This document shows positions 1 through 12,079 of a stretch of 64,000 bases of DNA, piece after piece. Source of the DNA: Chiloscyllium plagiosum (Eukaryota). Numbering within the stretch: the stretch's first letter is position 1; every line of letters begins with the position of its first letter. The position numbers were made by a program, and so were the translations under genes. Under the pieces are notes generated by a model. It was not told the origin of the DNA and did no database searches. It saw nothing but the letters and a program-made list of their open reading frames with translations. The stretch covers positions 52,863,922 to 52,927,921 of the forward strand of contig NC_057728.1 of the NCBI RefSeq assembly GCF_004010195.1, given 5' to 3'.

Positions 1-243
1 TTTCCTCCTCTCTCTACAAGAATCTCAGGGAGTCCCTCTCCCACTGCAACTCCCAGGTCATTTCCTCTGCCCTGACTCTATGCTATTTTCTCCCCACTCC
101 CACCCTCCTCTCGCTTATCTCTCCACGCTTCAGGCTCACTGACTTTATTCCTGATGAAGGGCTTTTGCCCGAAACATCGATTTCGAAGCTCCTTGGATGC
201 TGCCTGAACTGCTGTGCTCTTCCAGCACCACTAATCCAGAATA
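1..243 (+). mobile_element. Penelope-like element terminus (pseudo-LTR) with hammerhead motif
   Basis: Same terminal block (CTGATGAAGGGC..GCCCGAAA..GGATGCTGCCTGA..CCAGCACCAC) that follows the GIY-YIG-like ORF end at 56180-56710. Confidence 0.75.
151..178 (+). ncRNA. Minimal hammerhead ribozyme core (cleavage triplet ATC instead of GTC)
   Basis: CTGATGA-A-GGGC-TTTT-GCCC-GAAA-C-ATC. Confidence 0.6.
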
Positions 244-1448
244 CATTGCAACACTCCAAGGGCTGTAAATCATTTGAGAATCTGGTGGTTGTGAAAAGCG
301 CTATTAAAAGTATGTATAAACCTTGCAGTTTTTTGAGTTGGACAGATAGCCAAAAAAATGGGATATGAGGAAAGATTGCCTTGTACTTGGTCAAAGTTGT
401 AAGGTTAAAAAAATTTGAGGGCATGGAGCTAGGAGAATTGGGCTTGATGGTCTGAATGGCCTCCTGTATTTTAATCATTCTGTGCTTCTGTGATTCTAAT
501 TCCAGACCTTTCTAAGCAGCTGAAAACATGGCTGAAAAATTCAGTTGTTATCAGGATCTCACTAACACATTGCACACTCCTGTGCTGGTTTGCATAATTC
601 AATTCTGGATTCTTTTCTAATGCAAATTTTGTTTGCTTTCATTCTTCAGCTGAAAACCTTATTTCTTTGTGAGAGGTAATGCGATGCAAATCAGCTACTA
701 TTTCATGCTAACATTTCCTTTGTGCCGTACCTCATGGTTTTGACTACCTGCACGTGTAGGTCATATCAGAGAAAGAGTAGGCCCAGTCAAAGACAAAGGA
801 AAAGTGGAGCCAGATGAAATGGGTGAGATCCTCAATGAGTACTTTACATTGGTATTTACTGAAGAGAGGGACATGTGGGATGTTGTGGCTAGGGAAAGAT
901 GTGTGAATACTCTTGGGCAGGTCAACAGAACGAAGGAGGAAGTGTTGGGTGCCATGAAATGTTAAGGTAGGCATGTATCCAGGGCCAGATGGGATCTATC
1001 CCAGGATACTATGGGAGGCCAGGGAGGAAATAGGTGGAGCTTTAATAGATATCTTTGAATCCTCATTGACCTTATGTGAGTTCCAGAGGAGTGGAGAATG
1101 GACAATGTTGTTCATTTCATTAAGAAGGGAAATAAGATAATTCAGGTAATTACAAGCCTGTGAACCTGATGTCAATGGTGGAGAAGCTGGTGGATAAGAT
1201 ACTGAGAGATAGGATTTATTTGTATTTGGAAGCAAATGGACCTGTTAATGATAGGCAGCATGGACTTGTGCAGGGCAGGTCATGTCTCACCAACTTGATT
1301 GAGTTTTTTGAGAAGGTGACAAGGATGATTGATGAGGGAAAGGCAGTGGATGTTTTCTACATGGATTTGGTAAGGCATTGGATAAGGTACCTCATGGCAG
1401 GCAAGTACATCAGGTAGAGTCTCATGGGATCCGGGGTGAGTTGGCTAG

Positions 1449-1654
1449 ATGGAATGAGTTGCCAGAGGAAGTGGTGGAGGCTGGTACAATTGCAACATTT
1501 AAGAGGCATTTGGATGGGTATATGAATAGGAAGGGTTTGGAGGGATATGGGCCAGGTGCTGGCAGGTGGGACTAGATTGGGTTGGGATATCTGGTTGGCA
1601 TGGACGGGTTGGACCGAAGGGTCTGTTTCCATGCTGTACATCTCTATGACTCTA
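1449..1654 (+). mobile_element. Young CR1 (HER1-like) 3' end
   Basis: WNELPEEVVEAGTIATFKRHLD plus tail CATCTCTATGACTCTA, shared with 23520-24900 and 33212-34277. Confidence 0.9.
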
Positions 1655-1679
1655 TGGCAAACCTGGCTTGGTCATAGTT

Positions 1680-2194
1680 TCCCCTCTCACCCTAAACCTA
1701 TGCCCTCTAGTTCTGGACTCCCCCAACCCAGGGAAAAGACTTTGTCTATTTATCCTATCCATGCTTCTCATAATTTTGTAAGCCTCTATAAGGTCACCCC
1801 TCAGCCTCCAACGCTCCAGGGAAAACAGCCCCAGCCTGTTCAGCCTCTCCCTGTAGCTCAGATCCTCCAACTCTGGCAACATCCTTGTAAATCTTTTCTG
1901 AACCTTTTCAGGTTTCACAACATCTTTCCGATAGGAAGGAGACCAGAATTGCATGCAATATTCCAACAGTGGCCTAACCAATGTCCTATACAGCCACAAC
2001 ATGACCTCCCAACTCCTGTACTCAATACTCTGACCAATAAAGGAAAGCATACCAAACGCCTTCTTCACTATCCTATCTACCTGCGACTCCACTTTCAAGG
2101 AGCTATGAACCTGTACTCCAAGGTCTCTTTGTTCAGCAACACTCCCTAGGACCTTTCCATTAAGTGTATAATGCTGTACATCTCTATGACTCTA
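1680..2194 (-). mobile_element. Inverted young CR1 fragment followed by a 24-nt sense tail
   Basis: ORF 1652-2098(-) LYRTLVRPLLEYCMQFWSP; tail 2171-2194 identical to 1631-1654. Confidence 0.85.
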
Positions 2195-2322
2195 AGACAG
2201 AGAGTAGCGGTGGAAGGTTATTTTTTAGGATGGAGATCAGTAAGTAGTGGAGTTCCGCATGGATCACCTATTGTCTGTAATATATATAATTGATCTAGAG
2301 GAAAATGTCTAATTAATAATTT

Positions 2323-2558
2323 TGCAATAACTGCACAGAGGCTCATATCCAGTCACCAAGTCACCCTTTATCTACACATGGAGAGTCCTTGACTTTGTTC
2401 CAGCTCCCTCAGAACCAGCTCTCAGACTGAACAGAACCTCTGACACTCCTGTTTATATCTGTCAGCCAGGGTTCCTTGATTAAACCAGATTAACAGCCCC
2501 AATCAAGGAACTCATATTCTATGATATTTACCTGACTGACCTTGTTACAATCATTACA
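2323..2558 (-). mobile_element. Solo LTR of the same family as the Gypsy element at 38189-42548
   Basis: Reverse complement aligns by eye to LTR 42330-42548; TG...CA ends. Confidence 0.85.
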
Positions 2559-3440
2559 ACATCAAATTTGACGGTGTTGCCGATATTGAGGAGGATTGTC
2601 AAAGGACACAATGGGATAGAGATAGATTGCAGACTTGGGCAGAGAAATGGCAGATGGAGTTTAATCTGGACAAATGCTAGGTGATGCATTTTGGAAGATC
2701 AAATTTAGTGCGAAATATACAATAAATGGCAGAGTCCTTAGGAATATTGACATACAGAGTGATCTGGATGTACAGGTCCCTGAAAGTGGCAACACAGGTG
2801 GACAAAGTGGTCATGAAGTCATACATCACACGTGTGTTCATTAGGCAGGGCATCAAATGTAAAAGTTGGCAAGCTATGTTACAGCTGTATAAAGCTTTAG
2901 TTAGGCCACATTTGGAATATTACATGCAGCTCTAGTCTCCACAGTACCAGAAGGATGTGAATGCTTTGGAGAGGGTGCAGAGATTTACTTTGCCTGATCT
3001 GGAAGGTTTTAATTATGAGGAAAAGTTGGATAAATTCAGATCGTGTTCACTGAAAAGATGGAAGCTAAGAGGCAACCTAATAGAGGTCAACAAAATTATG
3101 AGAGGCATAGGTAGATTTGGTAGTCAGAGATTTTTCTCAGGGTGTAAAGTTTAATTACAAGAGGGCACAGGTTCAAGGTGAGAGGGGGAAAGTAGAGAGG
3201 AGGAGTGCAGGAAAATCTTTCACATGAGGGCAGTGGCTGTCTGTAGAGTGGTGGAAGCCGGCATGTTAGCAAGGCTTAAGGCAGATCTCGACAGACACAT
3301 AAACGGGAGGCGCACAGAGAAATAGAAACCCCATATGGGAAATAAGTAGTGAGTCTAAATAAGGAGTAGGAAATGGAACAGGGTTGGTGGCACGAAGGGT
3401 TCTGCAATGTATTGTATTGTATTTCAATGCTTGTTCAGAC

Positions 3441-4634
3441 CAATACAGACTAGACTACACACACATTACACACTATAATACACCATACACGACAAAAATT
3501 ACACACAGTATGAATTCTATGTACGCATTACACACTATGCTACACACATCATACCTGAAATTCCTGATAAACTCTCTCCTAAAATTTTATTTTCTGGCTT
3601 TTATTGAAATGAATTAATGGTGAACTTCTCCATCTTTGTTCCCAGGTAGCATGTTCCATGGATTGGCATTCCCTGAAGTAGTAGGAGAGAATTTAACCCT
3701 AATACAACAGTTTAGTGAATATAAATAGGGTTAACATTTCAAAAGTGGGCAACCTTTTCAATCCGAGTGGATCTCCTCATTCCCAGCATTTCCAGGTCAC
3801 TCTGTTTATAAAATCATGAGGGGCACGAATAGGATAAATAGACAAAGTATTTTCCCTGGGGTGGGGGAGTCCAGAACTAGAGGGCATAGGTTTAGGGTGA
3901 GAGGGGAAAGATATGAAAGGAACCGAAGGGGCAACTTTTTCACGGAGAGAGGAAGTGGTGGAGGCTGGTACAATTACAACTTTAAAAGGCATCTGGATGG
4001 GTATATGAATAAGGGTTTGGAGTGATATAGGCCAAGTGCTGGCAAGTGGGACTAGATTGGGTTGGGATATCTGGTCGAGTTAGACCGAAGGGTTTGTTTT
4101 GTGCTGTACATCTCTATGACTGTATGACCAGTAGAACCAGATGTCAGGATCTTGGGCTTGCACTTGAAGTGGTGGAAAATTCTGAGCTAATTGTAGAAAT
4201 GTTGGCCATAAAGTTTATGGAAAGTTGGGGAGGATGTAGTTGATGGAGAAAGGTACAAACTGGGAGACCTGGAAATGCTGGGAATGAGGAGATCCACTTG
4301 AATTGAAAAGGTAGCCCACTTTTGAAATTTTAACCCTATTTACTCTCACTAAACTGTTGTATGAGGGTTAAATTCTCTCCTACTACTTCAGAGTCTGGGC
4401 CCAAGCTCCTTAAACCATGGAACATGCTACCTGGGAACAGTTCACCATTAATTCATTTCAATAAAAGCCAGAAAATAACATTTTAGAGAGAGTTTATCAG
4501 GAATTTCAGGTATGATGTGTGTAGCATAGTGTGTAATGTGTACATAGAATTCATAAAATTACATGTGTACATGTAATTTTTGTCGTGTATGGTATATTAT
4601 AGTGTGTAATGGGTGTGTAGTATGGTCTGTATTG
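3441..4634. repeat. Inverted duplication, arms ~3441-3798 and ~4266-4634
   Basis: e.g. GATCTCCTCATTCCCAGCATTTCCAGGTC vs GACCTGGAAATGCTGGGAATGAGGAGATC; collinear over ~360 bp with small indels. Confidence 0.92.
3805..4127 (+). mobile_element. 5'-truncated CR1 3' end
   Basis: GESRTRGHRFRVRG motif and CR1 tail. Confidence 0.9.
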
Positions 4635-5090
4635 AGTAGTGTTTGAGTGTAGTATATGGGGTGTAGCATATTGTATAGTGTGTAGTGTAATGTGTTTTAT
4701 CATGTGTGTAATGTTTATAGTGTGCAGTATAGGTTGTGTAGTGTCGTGTGTGCAGTTAAATTGTCATATAGTGTGTGTAGAGAATAGTGTGATAGAGTGC
4801 ATTCTGTGTAATATGTAGGCTGTGTAGTGTTTTAATGTGCAGTGTAGTGTATGAATGGTAGTGGCAATATAGTGTAGTAATATATTGTGTTGTCTCATAC
4901 ATATTGTGTGTCACATGTAGTATGACTAGCATATCATGTGTGTAGTGTGTAGTATAATGGGTGCAATGTATGTAGTGTTGTTAACAATACACAGCATATC
5001 TAGTATAGCAAGTAGAATATAGTGTGCAGTAGTGTGGATAGCATGTAGAATATAGTGTGCTGTGTAGTGTCTGTAATATATCAAGTGTAA
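4510..5090. repeat. Degenerate (GT/GTA)-rich low-complexity tract
   Basis: Repeated gtgtagtgt-like words. Confidence 0.8.
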
Positions 5091-5511
5091 GGGATCAGTT
5101 ATCTAAGGTGGCTGGTTTGTGATGCAGAGTAACACCAATAGCATGGCCTCAGTTCCGTACCAGCTTCTTGATCTTGCCCCTCATTGAGGCATGGTGACCT
5201 TAGGTTAAATTCATGCCCAGTTGCCTCTCTCTAATCAGTGAGTGGGACTATGGTGATTTTACTTTTGATGTGTACTGTGCTTTGAACAGTAAAAGTGACT
5301 TAAGACAAAGCTCTCTTCAACTGCTGGCTTGCCTCACTAATTTATAGACATTGATTACTCTGGTTATTTAAAAGCATGATTTTTTTTGTTAGCATGTGAC
5401 TATCAGGTCCAAATGAGATGGAGCTTGGTCTTCAGCTTAAGGCTCCAACCTCTGGAATTCTCTCATTGTACCTCATGACCTCGCTGATGATCTCCTCCAG
5501 TAACACTACTA

Positions 5512-5740
5512 GTTGAAAAATGTGGTGCTGGAAAAACACAGCAGGCCAGGCAGCATCCGAGGAGCAAGAGAATTGATGTTTTGGGCATAAGCCCTTCTTC
5601 AGGAATCCTTCATTCCTGAAGAAGGGCTTATGCCCGAAACGTCGATTCTCCTGCTCCTCGGATGCTGCCTGGCCTGCTGTGTTTTTCCAGCACCACATTT
5701 TTCAACACTGGTCTCCAGCATCTGCAGTCCTCACTTTCTC
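5512..5740 (+). mobile_element. Non-autonomous fold-back Penelope-like insertion
   Basis: ~95-bp inverted arms 5512-5606 and 5612-5706, a ~34-nt unpaired tail, TSD CCAGTAACACTA at 5497-5508 and 5741-5752. Confidence 0.85.
5616..5643 (+). ncRNA. Intact minimal hammerhead ribozyme core
   Basis: CTGAAGA-A-GGGC-TTAT-GCCC-GAAA-C-GTC; palindromic ACGT stem III. Confidence 0.7.
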
Positions 5741-7346
5741 CCAGTAACACTATTATCCAAGGTACCTGTGCTAGTCATCGTGAGCATTCCCAATTTTAAT
5801 CGCATTATATTGATGTTCATGCCTTCAGCTGCCTGGGCCGAAGCTCCATAAATCATTTAGCCTCTGTCCTTGCTTTGCCCCTCTTACTTCATAAAACCTA
5901 CATCTCTGAGCAAGCTTTTGGTCATCTGACCTGTATAGAGAATAGCAGTAGGAATAGTCCATTTTTTTCTCTCAAGTCTGCTTTGCCATTCAACTACCAT
6001 TCTACAATAACATTGCCTTGTGCTATTTCCAGATCCCTCAGTATCTTTAATATTTAGCAATCTATCAATTTCTGTCTTAATAGCTAAGTTTGTCACAGCT
6101 CTCTGGGGCAGAAAATTCCCAAGATTCACCACTCTTTAAATGCCTGCCCCAAATTCTGAAACTGTCTATCATCTTCTTGAATGGTGTAGTGTCCAATCCT
6201 CCTTTATAATGACCCTGTGAGGCATCCTGGAATGTATTATTATATTAAAGGTGCTATATGAATAGAAGTTGTTGGTTTTGTTCAACAATTCCTACATTAC
6301 TATTAAGGAAATGAACTATGAGCAGGAAGACAGAATTTACATTCCTTGATATTGCACCTTTTGTAACTCTAGGACATCAAAAGTGCTTTACAGCCGAAAG
6401 CACACTTTTGTGCTGTTTTTACAGAGGAAACATGTACAACGAGGACTATGTTGGATTTATAATCCATAAGTATTCCAAGGAAAAAGAGCTGCATTATACA
6501 CTTAGATCTTTCTTCAGGTGCAGTCTGAGTCCAGATCTGGTCTCCAGATAGTTGGGAACTGTCTGGCAAGTTTAAAATTTCCAGGGGCAATTTCCCTCTG
6601 TCCAGAATCCAACATAAAAATGTCTCCAACTCCAGCTTAGAGTTGCAGATTTCAGAGAATTGCAACTTACTCACGTGGATAGTTTCCCAGGTAATGTCTT
6701 ATTCTTGCCTAACTATGCAACTGCCTTCTACCCTTGTGTTTTTGTGAGGTTGGGTGAGGGATGGATTTGTCAGGACACTGTGGAGAATGTCTCTACAGTT
6801 CTTCCAAATGGGCTCATTGGATTTTTTTTACTGATGTTATAATGAGTTCTTGAGTGAGATTGCCCCATTCATTATGGTTGCAGCCTGAATGCCATTAAAA
6901 TGATAATGAACCTGTGAGGCATCTTGGAATGTTTTATTATATTAAAGGTGCTATATGAAGTTTCCAGGTCAGGAAGAAAGAACTTTTCTTTAATCACTTG
7001 CCCCCTTGGTTTGTTGCAATAAGATTAATTTATGAAGGATTCACTCCCTGGTGGATACCTTTGTCTCTTAAAAAATGAAAGTATGTTTTAAAAAGAGTCA
7101 ATTCAATCAGACCTTCTTAAGTTAACAAAGAGTAAGGATGATAGATGTGAGAAGAAATAATTATGTAACTTAAGGTGAAGAAGCAGCAGACTCACTGATG
7201 GATTTTAGTTAGCACACATGGTGGGCTAAGTGGCCTCTTCCTGTGCGATCAGGTTCTGTGAATCGACTAAAAAATACACATTATAATTTGCTTCTGTGGG
7301 TAAGGCTTATAGGTCTAACTATTTGCCTGACTTGAAGGACTTGTGT

Positions 7347-7700
7347 AATCATAGAACCCCTACAGTGTGGAAGCAGGCCATTCGGCCCATTGAGTCCACA
7401 CCAACCCTCCGAAGACCATCCCACCCCAGACCCAACCTCCTATTCTATCCCTGTAACCCTGCATTTCCCATGGCTAATCCACCTAGCCTGTACATCCCTA
7501 GACACTATGAAAAATTTAGCATGGCCAAACCACCTAACCTGCACACCTTTGGACTGTGGAAGGAAACTGGAGCACCCGGAGGAAACCCATGTAGACATGG
7601 GGAGAATGTGCAAACTCCACACAGACAGTTGCCTGGAATCTAACTGGGGTCCCTGGCACTGTGAGGCAGCATTGCTAACCACTGAGCCACCATGCTGTCC
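7347..7700 (-). mobile_element. tRNA-derived SINE (HE1/V-SINE-like)
   Basis: A box TGGCTCAGTGGTT, degenerate B box, core GTGTGGAGTTTGCACATTCTCCCC, CR1-like tail. Confidence 0.88.
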
Positions 7701-8164
7701 ATTTAAGGATTTTCACAGACATATCTTGCTATTTTTTATAAAAAACCAGGGTGTAGATTGTTAAAGTCAGACAATCCTTTGAGAAACAAGCCTCAGTGTA
7801 TGTATTCAAGATTAGTGTCATTGAGTTATTTCTGGGAACACTTTGGTTTTGGGGGAAGATTTGTACTTTTCCACTGGCCTGAAATTGTGTAATTGAAAAA
7901 TCAAAACTAATAAGTGTGTCCTTTGCTCATTGAAAGTGAAAACTGACTTCATGTTTAAAGACATATGCAGGTGTTCCCCTACATCAATCCCAACCAAACT
8001 GAAAGCTGCTAAATCCCTTTTGGGGGATTAAATAACACTTTATTGACTGATCCTTAGCTACAAGACATTCTTTTTCACTTTCACTCAGTTAATTATTTCA
8101 GAGAATAGTTTAAAGGTCAGCTACATTGCTGTGGATCTGTAGTCACATGTAGGCCAGACTGGGT

Positions 8165-8665
8165 AAGAATAAAAGGCAGGAGGCTGAGAGAACACAGCAA
8201 ACCAGGCAGCATCACGAGGTGGAGAAGTCGACATTTTGGGTGTAACCCTTCTTCAGGACTGGGGGTGGGTGTGGGGGGGAGCTGCAGATAAAGGGGGTGG
8301 CAGGGGCATGGTGGTGAAGTGGTGATAGGTGACGAGAGGTAGAGTTTGGTTAATGGGTGAATGAATCTGATTGGTGGCAGGAAACAGTGGAAGGGGTGGA
8401 GAGGGGCTGTAAAGGGAGTCAGGGGATGGGAAGGGAAGTTATTTGAAATTGGAGAACTCAATGTTGAGTCCTCCAGGCTGTAAGCTGCCCAGGCGAAGAT
8501 GAGGTGTTGTTCCTCCAATTTGCAGTGTGGTTCGTTGTGGCAATGGAGGAGGCCAAGGATGCCATTGTCAGAAAGGCCCAGAGGACTCAACATTGAGTTC
8601 TCCAATTTCAAATAAATTCCCTTTTCATCCTGACTCGCTTCCCAGCCCCTCTCCATCCCTTCCAT
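8165..8665 (-). mobile_element. Penelope-like 3' fragment with GIY-YIG C-terminal remnant, decayed hammerhead and short internal inversion
   Basis: GILGLLHC..KLEEQHLIF; minus strand CTGAAGAAGGGTTACACCCAAAATGTC (8229-8256); 8580-8650 mirrors ~8410-8475. Confidence 0.75.
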
Positions 8666-8885
8666 GCAGAAGGTGGTACAGTGGGTATGGAATGAGCTGC
8701 CAGAGGAAATGGTGGAGGCTAGCACAATTACAGCATTTAAAAGGGCTCTGGATGAATATATGAATAGGAAGGGTTTAGAGGGATATGGTTCAAGTGCTGG
8801 CAAATGGTACTAGATTGGATTGGGATATCTGGTTGGTATGGACCAAACGGTCTGTTTCCATTCTGTTCATCTCTATGACTCTATG
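8666..8885 (+). mobile_element. CR1 3' end
   Basis: WNELPEEMVEA motif and ATGACTCT tail. Confidence 0.88.
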
Positions 8886-8985
8886 AATCTAGATTTTCTG
8901 CCCACAAGTTTTTAAGTGGGGTGCTTAAGGTGCTCTTTACTATCATCTCTTTCAGACCCTTGCACCCCTGTACAACAATGAACTC

Positions 8986-9998
8986 TTTTTTTTATTGAGA
9001 AAGTTTTTTTTAACAAAATTATAAAGTACAAAAGATAATCTTATAGTACAACATCAACAAACTACCTACTACGCTACCTTACAAAACAAACCAAAACTAT
9101 TACAGAGATACAAAATAATCTTCCCAAATTGCAACTCAATAAATAATTAAACATAACAAATTAAATTAAATTAACCTGAATTGAACTAAACTAACTTAAT
9201 TTAATTTATATCACTCGACACTCCCCCACCGAGGCTCCCACCAACAGGAGCATCAGCTAATATACCCTTATTTATTTATTCATTTATTCAGGCTTCCTCC
9301 CCAACCACCCACCTCCCCCCCTGCCCCCCGGGCCCCCAGGCCATTAAATCCAGCCTTCATGACTATTCAATGGCCCTGGTCAGTATGGCTGATAAGTCCG
9401 TGTCTATGTGGTTCAAGTCTGGCCGCCACATCTTATAAAATAGTTCTGATTTCTGATGCACTACATTTGTAAGAAAGTCTAGGGGGACATACAGCATCAC
9501 TAACCTACACCATCCTGTAAAACCAAGGGGGTTTTCCGAGATCCAGCTCATTAGAATGTTCTTCCTTGCACAATACGTGAGGATAGGTAAATGAAGGGCT
9601 TTTGCCCGAAACGTCGATTTTACTGCTCCTCAGATGCTGCCTGAACTGCTGTGCTTTTCCAGCACCACTAATCCACAATACGTGAGAATGTTGAATAACC
9701 TCTTCCCATACTTATCTAGTGAAGGCAGATTTGACAGTCCCAGAAGGAGGGATACTGGATCCGCCTTAACATCCGTTCCCAAGATCCTCTCCAACACGTT
9801 CGCTATGGCACCCCAGTACCTATGGATCTTATGACACAACCATAAGCAGTGTGTGAGAGTACTGGTATCTGTTCTGCATTTAGGACACCTTGGGTATGCT
9901 CCTTTCTTAAATGTTGCTCATTGTTCTGGGGCCAAGTGGGCCCTGTGGAGAATCTTTAGTTGTATAGCCTGCGCTTTATTGCAAATCAAAATTTTTTT
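8986..9998 (-). mobile_element. 5'-truncated L1-clade LINE (ORF2 C-terminus, 3' UTR, poly-A)
   Basis: CPKC..THCLWLC zinc knuckle, RLFNILTYC/ARKNIL..W; AATAAA plus A-run at the 8986 end; candidate TSD AACTCTT at 8981 and 9999. Confidence 0.82.
9582..9673 (+). mobile_element. Very short Penelope-like terminus inserted in the L1
   Basis: ATGAAGGGCTTTTGCCCGAAACGTC...; TSD CACAATACGTGAG at 9569-9581 and 9674-9686. Confidence 0.85.
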
Positions 9999-10179
9999 AA
10001 CTCTTGTTTTAAGGGATTACTGGTTCAGGAATTAGGATTGCTAGCTCAGTTACATAACTATCACTCTTTTATGCCTCTCACTTCTGTCATAACCTTTTGA
10101 AACCCATCTTCATCATTAATCTGTAAGTCCCCTGACATTCGCACTGTGGTTTGGAATTCATTCCTTTAACACTTTTCAT

Positions 10180-10710
10180 GCAGTCATAGAGCATAGAAGA
10201 AGGCTGTTCAGCCCATCATGCCTCTGCCAGCTCTGTGAAAGAACTATCTAATTAGTGCCACTGACCAGCGTCTTCACCATAGCCCTACAGGTTCCCCTTT
10301 GAGTAGTGACCCAATTCCCTTTTGAAAACTTCTCCTGAATCATTTTACCCCATTCTTTCAGGCAGGTGCAATCTGGATCACAACAAATCACTGTATAAAA
10401 AAAATTCTCATCATCTCCTGATTATTTTGCCAGTTACATTGAATGTTTTGGTTACTGACTTGCCTACCAGTGGAAACTGTTTCTCTTTTTTTCACTTTAT
10501 TGAACCCCTTCATCATTTTGAATTCCTGGTTATTCTTCACTGGACCTTCTTTGCTTGATCTGATCTTGTCATCCACATAACTGAAGTCCCTAATGCCTAC
10601 CTCCATTTTGGTCAGTGTCCTCTCTACAGATCTCAACATCCTTTTTAAAATGCAGTGATCAAAATTGAATACCATACTCTAACTGGAGCCTAGCCAGTGT
10701 TTTCTACATT
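10180..10710 (-). mobile_element. Old CR1 3' fragment
   Basis: Degenerate ORF2 C-terminus and tail. Confidence 0.7.
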
Positions 10711-11214
10711 TAAAGCACTGTTCAGCTACACACTGGGTTAATGTGTATAACTGACGAACAGTGTAGGCTTTATTAGGAAATGCTGAGGCTGCAAGCATTA
10801 GACTCACCTAGAACGGTCAACAAGTGCTGTGCAAATGCAACATTTCCTGTTGGAGCCTCAAGCACTCAGTCAGTCAGTGTAGCAATGTGCAAATGATCAC
10901 ATGTGTCAGAGATTCTGGCTACAGTTGACGAAGGGAAGGTAATGCCAGTCAGAGCTTTGCTGCGGTCTGACGCTCGTCTGGCATGTTTACTGTATCATTT
11001 GTGGAATGTGTTTAAACTGTGAATCTACTGTAAATAGCATATCAGCCACACACCCAAGAGCCAAGGAGCGCTCAAAGAGATTAACCATCACTAAAGTTCC
11101 TGCCAGGAGTTTAATACTGTTAATATTCCAGCTGCATTTGCTTTGCAATCTTGGAGCTGACTTGCAGTAAGCATTTGGGAATAAATAGCACTGTATGATT
11201 GAGGCTAAAGATGA

Positions 11215-11700
11215 ACAACAACAGCAACTTGTAATTATATAAATGCTACACAGGAGCGTTAGCGATCAAAATTTGACATTGAATCACATTCGTGAAGATG
11301 ATCAAAAGGTGTGTCAAATTGGAACATTGTAAAGTAGGAGAAGGAGATAGAAACGGACATTTAAAAAGGGAGTTCTAAAGCTTTGGGCCTAAGTATCTGA
11401 AGGCATATGGCTGTTGAAGCAATGAAAACTGAGGTAGATGAAAGGGTGATTTGTGGGAGTAGGACATCTCAAACTGTTATAGTTGTTGGAGAGAATACAG
11501 AGATAAAGAAGAGAGGGATTTGAGAAAAAAAGGATGCTAATTTTATAATCACAATCAGTCCAGGACCCAATGTTGGGTGAATGGGATTTGGTGCAATTAA
11601 GTAAAGTTTTAGCTGAGCTCAAGTTTACAGATAATGTAAAACGTGGGAGGCTGAACAGATGCACATTGGAATTGACCTGAATAAAATGCATAAAGAGCAG
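11215..11700 (-). mobile_element. Old L2-type LINE 3' fragment
   Basis: Minus-strand tail ..TATATAATTACAAGTTGCTGTTGTTG; related to 12080-12570. Confidence 0.55.
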
Positions 11701-12079
11701 GGCCAAGGCTTTAAAATGGTGGCCATGTCATGGTTAATATTGACATGGGCACCATGTGACAAATAGGGTTCTTTTGTTACGAATATTTCTAATGAGACTG
11801 AAATACAATTAGCAACAGAAATGATCTTCCTTTAGACACTGCTCCACTTTCTTTCCAGTGAGCAGGTGTCCATTTAACAGCCACTTTAAAAGAGCTATTT
11901 TGCTGTCCAATTCCACCCGCTCTCCAATTTCAGTTTGGAAATGACTATTGCATCTGCTGTCGCTGACCTTTCAGGACATCCATTTCAGATTATACCAAGT
12001 CACCGAATAAAAGTTTTAAGAATTTCATTCTGCTTCTAGTTCTTTTGTCACTACTGGCTGACTCCCTACTTTTTACATT

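Larger units (their letters stand above)
755..3420 (+). mobile_element. Older CR1 LINE ORF2 (RT) remnant, interrupted by younger CR1 pieces and a solo LTR
   Basis: Translated fragments QHGLVQGRSCLTNLIEFFE, WQMEFN, LYKALVRPHLEY; frameshifts and stops. Confidence 0.9.
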
